This document shows positions 30,998-40,274 of a stretch of 64,000 bases of DNA, piece after piece; position 1 is the stretch's first letter, and each line of letters opens with the position of its first letter. This DNA is from a virus. The notes under the pieces were generated by a model that did not search any database, had not been told where the DNA came from, and saw only the letters and a program-made list of their open reading frames with translations. The stretch is from positions 32,001 through 96,000 of the IMG/VR virus record IMGVR_UViG_3300050821_006345; one strand, 5' to 3'. The translations under genes were made by a program, and so were the position numbers.

Positions 30998-31351
30998 TTA
31001 GAACGGAGCCTGTGGGTCGGATGAAGATGTGCCGGATGAAGTCGTGTAGAATGGACGGACTGTATTGTTGTTAAAATCCACTTCCTCTGCCGGATTGTAA
31101 TTCGGAATTGGCTGAACTGTCGGCCAAGGCGATCTCGGCACAATTTGTGGGCGACCTGGCGGGATGTTTCGCGCCGCGTTGGTTTGTCCGGCACGACGAA
31201 TCAATTCTGGCTCTGCAAACGATGGTTTATTGCGCTTCTTTGGCCTCTTTTTGCCGCACTCATCGCAATAGTGGCCGGGAGGCACGTCTGGACAATAACG
31301 GCACTTCTCGGAGACTGGGGCTTCAACCGAAATGTTGGCGTCACTTGGCAT
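30998..31351 (-). CDS. zinc-finger family member 6
   Basis: EKCRYCPDVPPGHYCDECG. Confidence 0.7.
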   Translation of the reverse strand: MPSDANISVEAPVSEKCRYCPDVPPGHYCDECGKKRPKKRNKPSFAEPELIRRAGQTNAARNIPPGRPQIVPRSPWPTVQPIPNYNPAEEVDFNNNTVRPFYTTSSGTSSSDPQAPF

Positions 31352-31490
31352 CGAGGTCTTTAATCTTTGGCTTCGGCACGGTGAAGCACTCGAAGCAATG
31401 AGCGCATCGAACCCGTTCTCCGGCCTCAAACTTCTGGGCGTCGACTGGTTCCATGACCAGCGTGCAGTTGGGACATTTGATTTCACTCAT
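31341..31490 (-). CDS. 49-aa zinc ribbon (read by hand)
   Basis: MSEIKCPNC...RVRCAHCFECF. Confidence 0.6.
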   Translation of the reverse strand: MSEIKCPNCTLVMEPVDAQKFEAGERVRCAHCFECFTVPKPKIKDLDAK

Positions 31491-31575
31491 AATTAAAAAG
31501 GCGACTGGCGGCAAACACGAACCTTACTTAAGATTTCAGGTCGCAATTGGCTTGCAATCACCAGTCGCCAAACTT

Positions 31576-32490
31576 TTACCGCATCCGCGCCCATTCGTCA
31601 AGTTGATTTGAAAACTTGGCAATGGTTTCATTTCCGGCCAGACGAAGATTCTCCAGATCTTCATCGCTTACACCGTCAATCGGAAACGGATGCTTCAGCA
31701 CCGGCTGGATGCGGACGTAATCCTTTCCAATCATCTGCTCCATTTGATAGTCCACGTCCTCGCTTCCAGCCTCAAACAGCATTTGAACAGTGGCAGCGGC
31801 GGCTCTTATCGCTCCGCCGTTTATCATCTTTTCGGGATTGATGGATGCGGAAGACGAGCCACAGCCAAGCGAAAGGATTTTTACATTAAAATCGTCTCCC
31901 CAGAGCTTCACCGCATCGGCATAGGCGCACAGCGAAGGATTATTTGCGACATTCCCACCGTCCCAGAACACCTTGTCGCTCCAAGCATCTGGGCAGGAAA
32001 ATGCGGGAAAGTAGGTTTGCGCCGCGCTGGTGGCTCTTGCAACCCGCCAAAGGAAGTCGTTCTGACCATCAAGGTAGTTTTTGAAGAAATACGGCTTCTG
32101 ACTCACCAGTTCAAGTGATGTCACCAATAGCTTTGTTTTGCACCCATTTAGCTTCTGGTGCGCCAGACGTGTCTGAAGCACCCTTTCCAGCTGTCTGGCA
32201 GGATAACGCGGCAGAATCAATCCAAGAGCCCTCCACCAATGCTTTTTGAAGATGACCTTGCCGTCGACGGTGAAGAACTTGATGGCTTCGGCAGCCGGAA
32301 CGCCAGAGGCAAGCAGGCAGGCGAGGATGCCGCCGATGGAAGTTCCAGCAATTAAATCAAACATCGAGGCAATCGGCCTTCCGGCACGTCTTTCCAGTTC
32401 CACGAGAATGGCAGCCGGGATCATTCCACGTTGACCGCCGCCATCTAAACTTAAAACTCGAACGATTTTATTTTTCTTTTTAGTTGCCAT
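31576..32490 (-). CDS. patatin-like phospholipase
   Basis: DGGGQRG, GTSIG, SAAQTYF, DGGNVANNP. Confidence 0.92.
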   Translation of the reverse strand: MATKKKNKIVRVLSLDGGGQRGMIPAAILVELERRAGRPIASMFDLIAGTSIGGILACLLASGVPAAEAIKFFTVDGKVIFKKHWWRALGLILPRYPARQLERVLQTRLAHQKLNGCKTKLLVTSLELVSQKPYFFKNYLDGQNDFLWRVARATSAAQTYFPAFSCPDAWSDKVFWDGGNVANNPSLCAYADAVKLWGDDFNVKILSLGCGSSSASINPEKMINGGAIRAAAATVQMLFEAGSEDVDYQMEQMIGKDYVRIQPVLKHPFPIDGVSDEDLENLRLAGNETIAKFSNQLDEWARMR

Positions 32491-32646
32491 AGCTTCTTGC
32501 CGGTGTGGCTAGCGCATCTTCCTGAGACCATCTCTATCATTTTCTCGCCATAAAATTATGCGACCGGAAGGGTCTTGCGACCTAGCACCATGGCTATCGC
32601 GCGTCCACGATGTGTTCTGGCGGACTTCCGGCCACTGCCAGATTGG

Positions 32647-33261
32647 TTAAAATCCCTTGTTCACTTCCAGGCCGCCGCAAATGTATTTGGCCGTCCAGAA
32701 TCCCGCGCCGATCCGGTCTTCGTAAAATCCAACCGCGCCCAGGTTCCAGCCGCCGCCGAACGTGACGAAGTTCAGCTTCGCGCCGGCGGTGACAATTTCC
32801 GAAACGGAACCGTTGCCCGTGGCCATCAGCACATTGGCAAACGGCGTCGCCGCCACGTTGGTCATTCCAAAGTTTTTAAGCGGATAAATGACCGCCGAAA
32901 GCGTGATGCCGCCCTTGACCAGGTTGGCCTGGGCTGGAATGCCTGATTTTTTCGATGTCCAAAGATAATCGTAGCCGACGACCAGCCCGACATTTTGCGA
33001 CACATTGTAAATGTAATCGGCGAACGCAAGATTGCGGTTGCCGGTGGTTGCCCGTCCGCCGCCGATAGCGATGGCATAATTGGTGGAGACGGTCACGGAG
33101 TCGTAAAGTTCCTGCAACCCGGAACTGAATGACGGCATGGCAGGTGCGGCATTGGTGACAATGACCGGCTGCGCGTTGAGGTTGCTGGTGATGCCCACTG
33201 CGACCAGTGCGGCGATGGCAACTACTAATCTAATGCTAATTTTGTTTAATTTAGTTTTCAT
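32647..33261 (-). CDS. putative outer-membrane beta-barrel protein
   Basis: Signal peptide, amphipathic aromatic strands, C-terminal Phe (GLEVNKGF). Confidence 0.55.
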   Translation of the reverse strand: MKTKLNKISIRLVVAIAALVAVGITSNLNAQPVIVTNAAPAMPSFSSGLQELYDSVTVSTNYAIAIGGGRATTGNRNLAFADYIYNVSQNVGLVVGYDYLWTSKKSGIPAQANLVKGGITLSAVIYPLKNFGMTNVAATPFANVLMATGNGSVSEIVTAGAKLNFVTFGGGWNLGAVGFYEDRIGAGFWTAKYICGGLEVNKGF

Positions 33262-33269
33262 TTTGTTTT

Positions 33270-33632
33270 TTATTTCGGTTGTGCCGCATCAGCGGCGGGT
33301 TGTGGTTTGGCTGCGGGTTCAGGATTTATTTCCAGCGCGGCGTGCTTTAGCACCGTGCCGACAATGCCGGTCTGCATTGAGTCGGGAACGCCCTTGCGGA
33401 GCAAGCGGGCGGAAACCCACGCGATGAATCCGGCGCTGGTCAAGCCGCTCAAATTGATTTGGTCAATGCAGTCCACGAACAGCTTCACCAAGTCGGCCTT
33501 GATGTTCGCCGGAATTGGCGCAGATGGTTGCGAAATGGGCGCGGTGGCCGCCGGCGCATTGGTGTTTTGCGCCATGACTGCCAGTGAGCAGAATATGACG
33601 CCGACCGTTATGATTGCGATGGTGGTTTTCAT
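33270..33632 (-). CDS. membrane protein (holin-like candidate)
   Basis: Signal/TM segment plus a second hydrophobic segment. Confidence 0.5.
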   Translation of the reverse strand: MKTTIAIITVGVIFCSLAVMAQNTNAPAATAPISQPSAPIPANIKADLVKLFVDCIDQINLSGLTSAGFIAWVSARLLRKGVPDSMQTGIVGTVLKHAALEINPEPAAKPQPAADAAQPK

Positions 33633-33964
33633 TGGACTTCTTTTTTTGGTTGATTTACCTGCTGGACTAAAACTGGCTGCGCTTTGCAGGTGGTGGTGAC
33701 GGCGCGGATTAGCTCGTCGTGGTATGCCTTGTTGACCTCTACCACGGTCGCCAGCTTCCCGTTTTGCAAATCCTGCCCCTGCTTGATCTGGCGCATATAG
33801 TCGCGCTGTTCTTTCTGAATTTGCTGGGCAAGGTCTTCCCTCTTGGCATCGTGAATGCGCGTCCACAGCATTCCAATTGCCCCTAGCACAACGACAATGA
33901 GGGTAGCCCATTGTCCAAGGGACGTGTCGCTGTGAACATTGACCGGAACTTGGGCGAACATCAT
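33629..33964 (-). CDS. single-TM coiled-coil membrane protein
   Basis: WATLIVVVLGAIGMLW followed by coiled coil. Confidence 0.6.
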   Translation of the reverse strand: MMFAQVPVNVHSDTSLGQWATLIVVVLGAIGMLWTRIHDAKREDLAQQIQKEQRDYMRQIKQGQDLQNGKLATVVEVNKAYHDELIRAVTTTCKAQPVLVQQVNQPKKEVQ

Positions 33965-33968
33965 AAAA

Positions 33969-34322
33969 TCAATTCAGTTGACCGTAGGCGGAATAAAATT
34001 TCGCAGCGTTGGTCATCGGCAGATCGCAGTTGGTGCAAAGGAGACCGGTGAATTCCACCGCCCACTGGTTGCGCGGCACCGTCAAATCAGTGCTGCTGAC
34101 GATGACCGCCGCGTAATTCGTGGGCGCATTGGCGGGCAGGTTCCAAGCCAGCCCGATATACGGCGTGACGGTGGAGAGCGCGATCACATTGGCGCGCGCC
34201 GCCGACACCGCGTTGGCACGGCTCGCCGCCATCATCTGCGCCGCGACCGGATTCCAATTCGTCTGCGCGGCCAGCGACAAGGCGAGCGTCAGGAGCGAGA
34301 GGGAAAGGAGTTTTGTTTTCAT
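33969..34322 (-). CDS. small secreted protein
   Basis: MKTKLLSLSLLTLALSLAA-Q; SSTDL..W..FY motif. Confidence 0.65.
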   Translation of the reverse strand: MKTKLLSLSLLTLALSLAAQTNWNPVAAQMMAASRANAVSAARANVIALSTVTPYIGLAWNLPANAPTNYAAVIVSSTDLTVPRNQWAVEFTGLLCTNCDLPMTNAAKFYSAYGQLN

Positions 34323-34326
34323 AAAT

Positions 34327-34914
34327 TTATTTTGTGGCTTTCACATCTTCATCCCATGAGCGAACAAGCCCGCGCAGAATCGGATGAAATCCGTGTGCCA
34401 ACATTTCTTTATATGCTTCAGATTTTGACCAACCTTCAGCTTCGACGCGATATGCTCCGATGATAAGTCCAGTGCGGTCTTGGCCGTGTTCGCAGTGGAC
34501 ATAGACGCCCTGATGGTTATACTTGCTCAGTGCGATTAAATACATCGCAGCTTCAATGCTTTCCTTATTCGGTTTCCCAAGCGTCTGCTGCTCGAAATTT
34601 ATTGCACCTTCGGTTTGGAGGAACATTCCGTTAGTCAAAGCGTCAGCATCCGACGCTTCATTTGGTGTGTTCAATTTTACATCAACAAAAACACCTTGAG
34701 ATTTCAACCATGCCCAGCCTTCCGCGTTCGGTTGTCCGCCCCGCCACACGCCAGGCTCGACCAGCGCCAGATTTGGAATGCCGTGAGTTACCGGTGCGGT
34801 TTTGCAGCCGGTCAAACAAAGCACCAGCGCTGCGGCGAAAAGAATGACGCCAACCGTGCGCTGAAACATAGCGCTTAGCCACACCAGCGCAAGGATGAGG
34901 AGCGTGGGTTTCAT
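34327..34914 (-). CDS. tyrosine/dual-specificity phosphatase, lipoprotein-like
   Basis: WRGGQP, VHCEHGQDRTG (CX5R), LCLTG-C lipobox. Confidence 0.85.
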   Translation of the reverse strand: MKPTLLILALVWLSAMFQRTVGVILFAAALVLCLTGCKTAPVTHGIPNLALVEPGVWRGGQPNAEGWAWLKSQGVFVDVKLNTPNEASDADALTNGMFLQTEGAINFEQQTLGKPNKESIEAAMYLIALSKYNHQGVYVHCEHGQDRTGLIIGAYRVEAEGWSKSEAYKEMLAHGFHPILRGLVRSWDEDVKATK

Positions 34915-35017
34915 TTTAATGGGCGAGACAAAATAACCAGCCGGCTACACTGATCGCGGTGATGATGCCAAGCGAAAAACTTTCAAAATCAAATTGTCCT
35001 TTTTTCATAAAATTGGT

Positions 35018-37714
35018 TTATTTGTGAACCACAGCGCCTTCAATGGTCTGGCTGGTTATTGTGGCGGCGGTGAATCCGAGTGTGAAGTTCGTCGGTGTTC
35101 TGGCGGTGACGGTTGCTCCCACCAAATCATTCGGCGCGGTTACGGTGTAATTTGTCGTCAGGTCAGGAAACCCGGAAATGTTCACCACCAGCGAAGTTGC
35201 CGCCGACAGGGTCGCGTTTGTTGAATAAGTCTGCGCCGATCCGGTGTAAGCCCCGACCGCCGAATACAAACCCGCAATCTCTGCATCCGACAACGCGCGG
35301 TTGAACATCTTCACGTCGTCTTCCGAACCGTTGTAAAATCCGGCGGCAGAATCAATGTAGCGGCCAATCGTCACACCCAGGCCGGAGTCAGCGTAAGTGT
35401 CAGTGACCGTCGCGCCGTCGCGCGCTCCGTTGATGTAGAATTGCATCACGCCGTTGCTGCGTTTCAGCGCCAGATGATTCCAGGCCGCGCCCGTCAGCGT
35501 GTTGCTGCCGGTCAGTTTAAATCCGCCGCCCTGATAAACCTGCGGATGGCCGCTGGTGTCGCAGGTGATCAGCAATGAGACCGTCCGCGCACCGCTGTCG
35601 CCGATCCTTGCCGTTTCCAGAATGGCCGGTGTCCCGGAAAATGAAGCCGGATTGAGCCAGAGCGAAATTGTGAAATCGCCCTGGCCGAACGGATAGCCGT
35701 CGGAACCGAGCGAATAGCTGCTGCTGCCATTGTAGGACAGCGCGCTGCCGGAACTCGTCGGATTGACGATGCCGGCCACCCAGGTCGTGCTGGTGTTGGT
35801 CAGAGTGTTCCAACTGAAATTGTTGTTGGCAGAATCAGCGTCAGTCGAGCCTGAACCCTCATCAAACGTCCAGTTGCGGACAGGCGTGACAATTGGTTCA
35901 AGCGTTTGCAGATAATTGGTGACAAGATACGATCTTTTGCCTTCGACAAAAAGATTGCCGATGCTCGTGTTGGTTCCCGCCAGATAAACCGGCTCACCCG
36001 CAATCAAATTGTTTGTGGCAATGTTTGAGAGCCTCGCTTCATCAAATTTCGAGTTCATCACAATTAATCCGTAGGAAAGGTTCATCAATTGGGAATTGTC
36101 AACGTAACTGAAATGCTGACCACAGTTCACATTGTTGATGATGGCGATTCCTACATTTCCACGCTGACCGTTGGCGTAAAAATAGTAGGGATTAAAATAG
36201 ACGGCGGGCAGTCCGAGATAGCCGAACACACCATTGATGGTAATGCGCTCCAGCCGGTTAGTGATGGTTAGGACGCGCACACCCGAGCCCGCATAGGCGT
36301 AATGATCAACATTGTTATTTGTGGTGGCGGAGACAAAAACATCCTCGACCAGCACGTCATTCATGCCGCCCCATGTGAAGGCTGGAATGCTCGTGTTGGT
36401 AACACCGTTGAGATAACCAAGCTGCTCATCCGGCGCGATGGTCACAGTATCATCACCGCCATTTCCGTGCATTCTGGCGATGTGAAGGAATCCGGTGTTC
36501 GGCCCCCAATTATGGCTCAAATCAGTCCCAAAAGAATAGTAAGTGGAATTTTGCCAGATGTCGTGTTGGTAAATGTTTTCTGAGTGTGAAGTCGTTATTG
36601 CAAAATTTGGGTTGCCATAAAAATAAATGTCATCGAGTTCGCAGTTTGTAATTGACGAAACAAAAACGCCCGCACCACCCCCGGTATAATTGCCGGCACG
36701 ATATTGGTTGGTTCCGTTTGCGTTTAGTGCAAAATTGCCGATGCGGATATTGAAGTTTCCGGGAACTTGGTTTGACCAGTTCAGGTTGGCAATTGCCGGG
36801 CAAGGAATGTTATTGTTCGTTCCCAAGTTGGTTGCCACAAAAAAACCAGAGCCCATCCCAACTCCAAGGAAGGCCACGTTGTTTGGAACAAAGATTGTTT
36901 TGTCAATCAACTCTGAATTGGAAATGGTCGTGTCATTCCAAAATGTGCCGCCGCCCGCCGCAGACAAGACCAGCAGGTTTGAATTGATGGCGGTGGACGC
37001 GCCGGTGCCGCCGCCGGTGTAAAAATTGCAGTTCTGCGGCACTCCGCATTGCGAGGCAATCATCCCACGGCCAGAATACCAAGCGTTCGTCACCGCGCCG
37101 GCGGCGGCGATGGCGGACACCGTGTTGGTGAATCCGGGCGTGTTGACCTGTGAAACATCAAACTTTCCAGACACGTTGTTGGACGTGACCGTGACCGAGG
37201 TTGGCAGCGCGCCAGCCGTCACGCCGGTCGCTGGAACGACATCCGCATTAGTCGCGTGCGTGGCCTGCGCCACCGCCGTGCTGACCTGACTGCCGAGAAT
37301 CGTGCCGGATAGATTCGCGGCGGATGTAGCCAACGGCACCGTGCCAGTCACCAGCGAACCCGCCACAGGAGCGGTATTGGTCGTCGCGGCGGATAGATTT
37401 CCAGAACCAACTCCAGCAGCAGGCACGGATACAGCGGTCGCCGCGCTTCCGGTCGTGCTGTTCGTCAGCGTGCCGATGAGGTTAGTGCCGTTTAACGGCG
37501 ACCCGTTCGTGAGCGTTCCACCAATCGGAAGGCCGTTTGTGCCAACCACGGAAGCAACGTTGGTGATGGTCTGGCCACCGGCGTCCAGCGGGGTCTGAAG
37601 CAGTCCGTTGGCGATGGGAAATTTCGCAGCGGACGCCGAAAGTGCAAATGACGCCAAAAACATGGCGACTGTAAGTCTTAATCGCATTCCGCCAATATAA
37701 TGTCTCAAAATCAT
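35018..37714 (-). CDS. receptor-binding-like protein with signal peptide, pectate-lyase-type beta-helix and LamG domain
   Basis: FALSASA-A; IQ/IN..L....GGGT and GDD beta-helix hallmarks; DFTISLW..WNHLAL..FYING..DDVKMFNRALS. Confidence 0.8.
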   Translation of the reverse strand: MILRHYIGGMRLRLTVAMFLASFALSASAAKFPIANGLLQTPLDAGGQTITNVASVVGTNGLPIGGTLTNGSPLNGTNLIGTLTNSTTGSAATAVSVPAAGVGSGNLSAATTNTAPVAGSLVTGTVPLATSAANLSGTILGSQVSTAVAQATHATNADVVPATGVTAGALPTSVTVTSNNVSGKFDVSQVNTPGFTNTVSAIAAAGAVTNAWYSGRGMIASQCGVPQNCNFYTGGGTGASTAINSNLLVLSAAGGGTFWNDTTISNSELIDKTIFVPNNVAFLGVGMGSGFFVATNLGTNNNIPCPAIANLNWSNQVPGNFNIRIGNFALNANGTNQYRAGNYTGGGAGVFVSSITNCELDDIYFYGNPNFAITTSHSENIYQHDIWQNSTYYSFGTDLSHNWGPNTGFLHIARMHGNGGDDTVTIAPDEQLGYLNGVTNTSIPAFTWGGMNDVLVEDVFVSATTNNNVDHYAYAGSGVRVLTITNRLERITINGVFGYLGLPAVYFNPYYFYANGQRGNVGIAIINNVNCGQHFSYVDNSQLMNLSYGLIVMNSKFDEARLSNIATNNLIAGEPVYLAGTNTSIGNLFVEGKRSYLVTNYLQTLEPIVTPVRNWTFDEGSGSTDADSANNNFSWNTLTNTSTTWVAGIVNPTSSGSALSYNGSSSYSLGSDGYPFGQGDFTISLWLNPASFSGTPAILETARIGDSGARTVSLLITCDTSGHPQVYQGGGFKLTGSNTLTGAAWNHLALKRSNGVMQFYINGARDGATVTDTYADSGLGVTIGRYIDSAAGFYNGSEDDVKMFNRALSDAEIAGLYSAVGAYTGSAQTYSTNATLSAATSLVVNISGFPDLTTNYTVTAPNDLVGATVTARTPTNFTLGFTAATITSQTIEGAVVHK

Positions 37715-37736
37715 TTCACAACTCCGACTTTACCGC

Positions 37737-38273
37737 TTACGGTGCGGCCATCCAGTTCAGGACATAAAGACCTGAATCCGTTAATCCGTTCATGGTGAAC
37801 GTCCAGCCGTCACTGGTCGGTGAACCGGAAAGCGTGGCATATAAAACCAGTCCGTTCGCTGGCGACTGAACAGTCATTAAAACCTTGGTGGGAGTGAACG
37901 GCAGTGCCAGACCGGTCAGGGATGCGCCCTGCGAACTGTTGGGTATGGAATATGCTCCTGTTGCTGAATTGATGTAGACGACTGATCCTGTCAAAAGCTG
38001 ATCTACAGAGTATGTTCCAGTAGACGGAACCGAGATGTTGATGGTTGATGGACTGGATGAATTATTGTAGCCAAATGAAATTGTGTAAAGGCCAGGCTCA
38101 AGCGTCATCGACCAGTATCCGGTGGACGGATTGGTTTTGACCCTGGCCGTGAATGAGGCAATCAGAATCCCGCCAGCCATCGCGGTCGGTCCGGATGAGG
38201 AGATGGCCACCACCTCCGCATAAAGCGGGTCGGCGTCCACATCAAGGAGCGTTCCATATACTGTCACTGCCAT
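37737..38273 (-). CDS. tail protein (Ig/prealbumin-like N-terminus plus shared C-terminal module)
   Basis: TGYWSMTLEPGLYTIS; C-terminus paralogous to the insert in 41330..42262. Confidence 0.65.
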   Translation of the reverse strand: MAVTVYGTLLDVDADPLYAEVVAISSSGPTAMAGGILIASFTARVKTNPSTGYWSMTLEPGLYTISFGYNNSSSPSTINISVPSTGTYSVDQLLTGSVVYINSATGAYSIPNSSQGASLTGLALPFTPTKVLMTVQSPANGLVLYATLSGSPTSDGWTFTMNGLTDSGLYVLNWMAAP

Positions 38274-38839
38274 AAAATCGCGTTTGTAATCGTGCCGCCG
38301 TTAATTATGAATGTGTCGTTCGTTGAAATCGGCTCGCAAAAATTATTCGTAACCGGAATCCAGTATCCGACTCCTGAATTGGTGTGGAAAAGGGTGCCGC
38401 CCGTTGCATATCCCCTCCAAAACCCCTTGCGCCCAAGATTTGTGTAAAGCACCCCGACAGAATATTGATTTGTCGGGTTTGATGTTGTTGTGAAAGATGG
38501 ATTGTTTGTGGCTGGCTGATAGCCAAGATTGACGCCTACCGTCGGGGTAACTGTTCCATCAGAGTTTGTCACCATTGAATTGGTCAATGGAGCGACGGAT
38601 ACAAACCCCTTTAGCACTGGAGTGTTGGTTGAAACCGCCCCTGAAAAAGTGCCGCTGAATGTTCCGGAGAGGTTTGCATTGGTGTCGTTGTTGGCAATCA
38701 GTCCGGTATTGGCCTTAAGCTGAGCAATATTGGTGGAGTTCACTACGTTGGTTCCGGCCCAATCCTGAATGTTCCAGTTTGCGGCAAACAGGCTGAATGC
38801 CAAAAAACAAAGCGCGAAAGATAGGGCAATTATTTTCAT
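38264..38839 (-). CDS. TN-rich protein with signal peptide
   Basis: MKIIALSFALCFLAFSLFA-A. Confidence 0.65.
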   Translation of the reverse strand: MKIIALSFALCFLAFSLFAANWNIQDWAGTNVVNSTNIAQLKANTGLIANNDTNANLSGTFSGTFSGAVSTNTPVLKGFVSVAPLTNSMVTNSDGTVTPTVGVNLGYQPATNNPSFTTTSNPTNQYSVGVLYTNLGRKGFWRGYATGGTLFHTNSGVGYWIPVTNNFCEPISTNDTFIINGGTITNAILWQ

Positions 38840-39831
38840 TATGACCAGCCTCCGGTTGATGGAACTGAATATGTTCCGGTTGTTTTAATCATGGTTTTTA
38901 TGTAAACGCCGCCTGTAATCATAACGTATTGGTCGCCAGCCTTGCCTGAAAGCAATGCCGAATTCGGGTCTGCTGATCCAGTGTATGTGGTCGGCAGCTG
39001 CGTTAACGCCTGAAGTGCCGCGATGTTGGCCGTGATGGTCGCCAGACTGATGCCGGTCGGATACCTTGCGTCACCAGCCGCCACCGTCAGGTAGGTCGGC
39101 GTGAAAACCGATGCTGGCGCGGGCATGGCAATGCCGGTGTCGATGATGGATGACTGGCCGTATCCGACCTGCTGCTCGGTCGAGTAATTCTCGTAAATCG
39201 TGGCCGTGATTGCGCTTGTGCCAGATCCGTTAAGCGTCGCCGTGGTTGCCGTGGCGGTGAACTGGCCGGAGGTGGTGAGCGTGGTCGAGCCACAGACAAT
39301 GGATGTGTCGTTTGCTCCTTTTGTCCAATAGTAGGATGCTCCGACGACCAGGCCGGCTGCGGTCGCTGCGCCGGCCACATAGCTGCCCGCTGGCGCATAG
39401 TTGGTGTCGCCGATGAAATTGCTGGTCGCAACCAAAGAAGCCCAAAGATACGCCTGCGATCCGGAGACGTAGATGTTCGTGGCCGCTCCTGTGAAAACCA
39501 CAATGCAGTGCTGGTCAGTTCCAGCGCTCCAGTTGTTTATGGTCAATCCAGTGTTCCATGCCACACCACCCTCTGGAAGATAGGAGGCCGTGCCAGCCAC
39601 GGCCTGCGTCAGAATCGGGCCATTCTGACCGTTGATGTCCATGAAGTTAACCGTCATGGTCGCCCAGCTGGTGATGTCAATCAAAGCCCCATTCAGAAAG
39701 AATCCAAGCTCGAACTGGATGTCCGCGCCGCGAACCAGCGATGGAATGCCTCCAGTGATCTGGTCAACCAGTGTTCCCTGCTGGGCAAGATCAACGGCGA
39801 TTCTTATTCTTTGGCGTTTCTGGCTGCTCAT
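38839..39831 (-). CDS. tail/baseplate structural protein
   Basis: BppU-like N-terminus (LVRGADIQFELGF..IDITSW); tail operon position. Confidence 0.55.
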   Translation of the reverse strand: MSSQKRQRIRIAVDLAQQGTLVDQITGGIPSLVRGADIQFELGFFLNGALIDITSWATMTVNFMDINGQNGPILTQAVAGTASYLPEGGVAWNTGLTINNWSAGTDQHCIVVFTGAATNIYVSGSQAYLWASLVATSNFIGDTNYAPAGSYVAGAATAAGLVVGASYYWTKGANDTSIVCGSTTLTTSGQFTATATTATLNGSGTSAITATIYENYSTEQQVGYGQSSIIDTGIAMPAPASVFTPTYLTVAAGDARYPTGISLATITANIAALQALTQLPTTYTGSADPNSALLSGKAGDQYVMITGGVYIKTMIKTTGTYSVPSTGGWS

Positions 39832-40259
39832 GGTGCGATATTAACGCTTGAAATTAACCCACCGCTGATGGAATACGAGTGGGAAGTTGTCCGTCCAGTG
39901 TGCTTGGACTCGGTGGTCTTCACCACAGCGTTCGTTAAATAGTAATTTGTGCCGCCAACCGTCTGGAAAACTACGGTGCCTCCTCCCGGAATTGTTGATG
40001 CGTGAAGCAGGATATATGATTCGGCCAGTTGAACCGTTGAAAAATATCTCGTAACACTGAACGAAACCGAGGTCTGCATATTTCCACGGTCGCTATCCCT
40101 TGCCGCCATCGCCCTTAACGCCTGCCGAACCTGTGTATTGCGTTCGGTGTGGATGGCCAGGCCATTGGGCGAACTTATGCCGCCGGGCGCGAGAATGAAT
40201 GTGGCCGGATTAGGAAGGGGTGTGCCAGCTGAAACTACTGCGTTGATGGTGACAATCAT
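39828..40259 (-). CDS. tail protein (distal-tail-like)
   Basis: 143 aa beta-rich ORF after the tube gene. Confidence 0.5.
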   Translation of the reverse strand: MIVTINAVVSAGTPLPNPATFILAPGGISSPNGLAIHTERNTQVRQALRAMAARDSDRGNMQTSVSFSVTRYFSTVQLAESYILLHASTIPGGGTVVFQTVGGTNYYLTNAVVKTTESKHTGRTTSHSYSISGGLISSVNIAP

Positions 40260-40274
40260 GTCTCATCGCCGTCA

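Noticed and set aside
31576-32490. Complete CBASS system
   Set aside because: No CD-NTase or Cap2/Cap3 nearby; the only NTase is a minimal one 21 kb away
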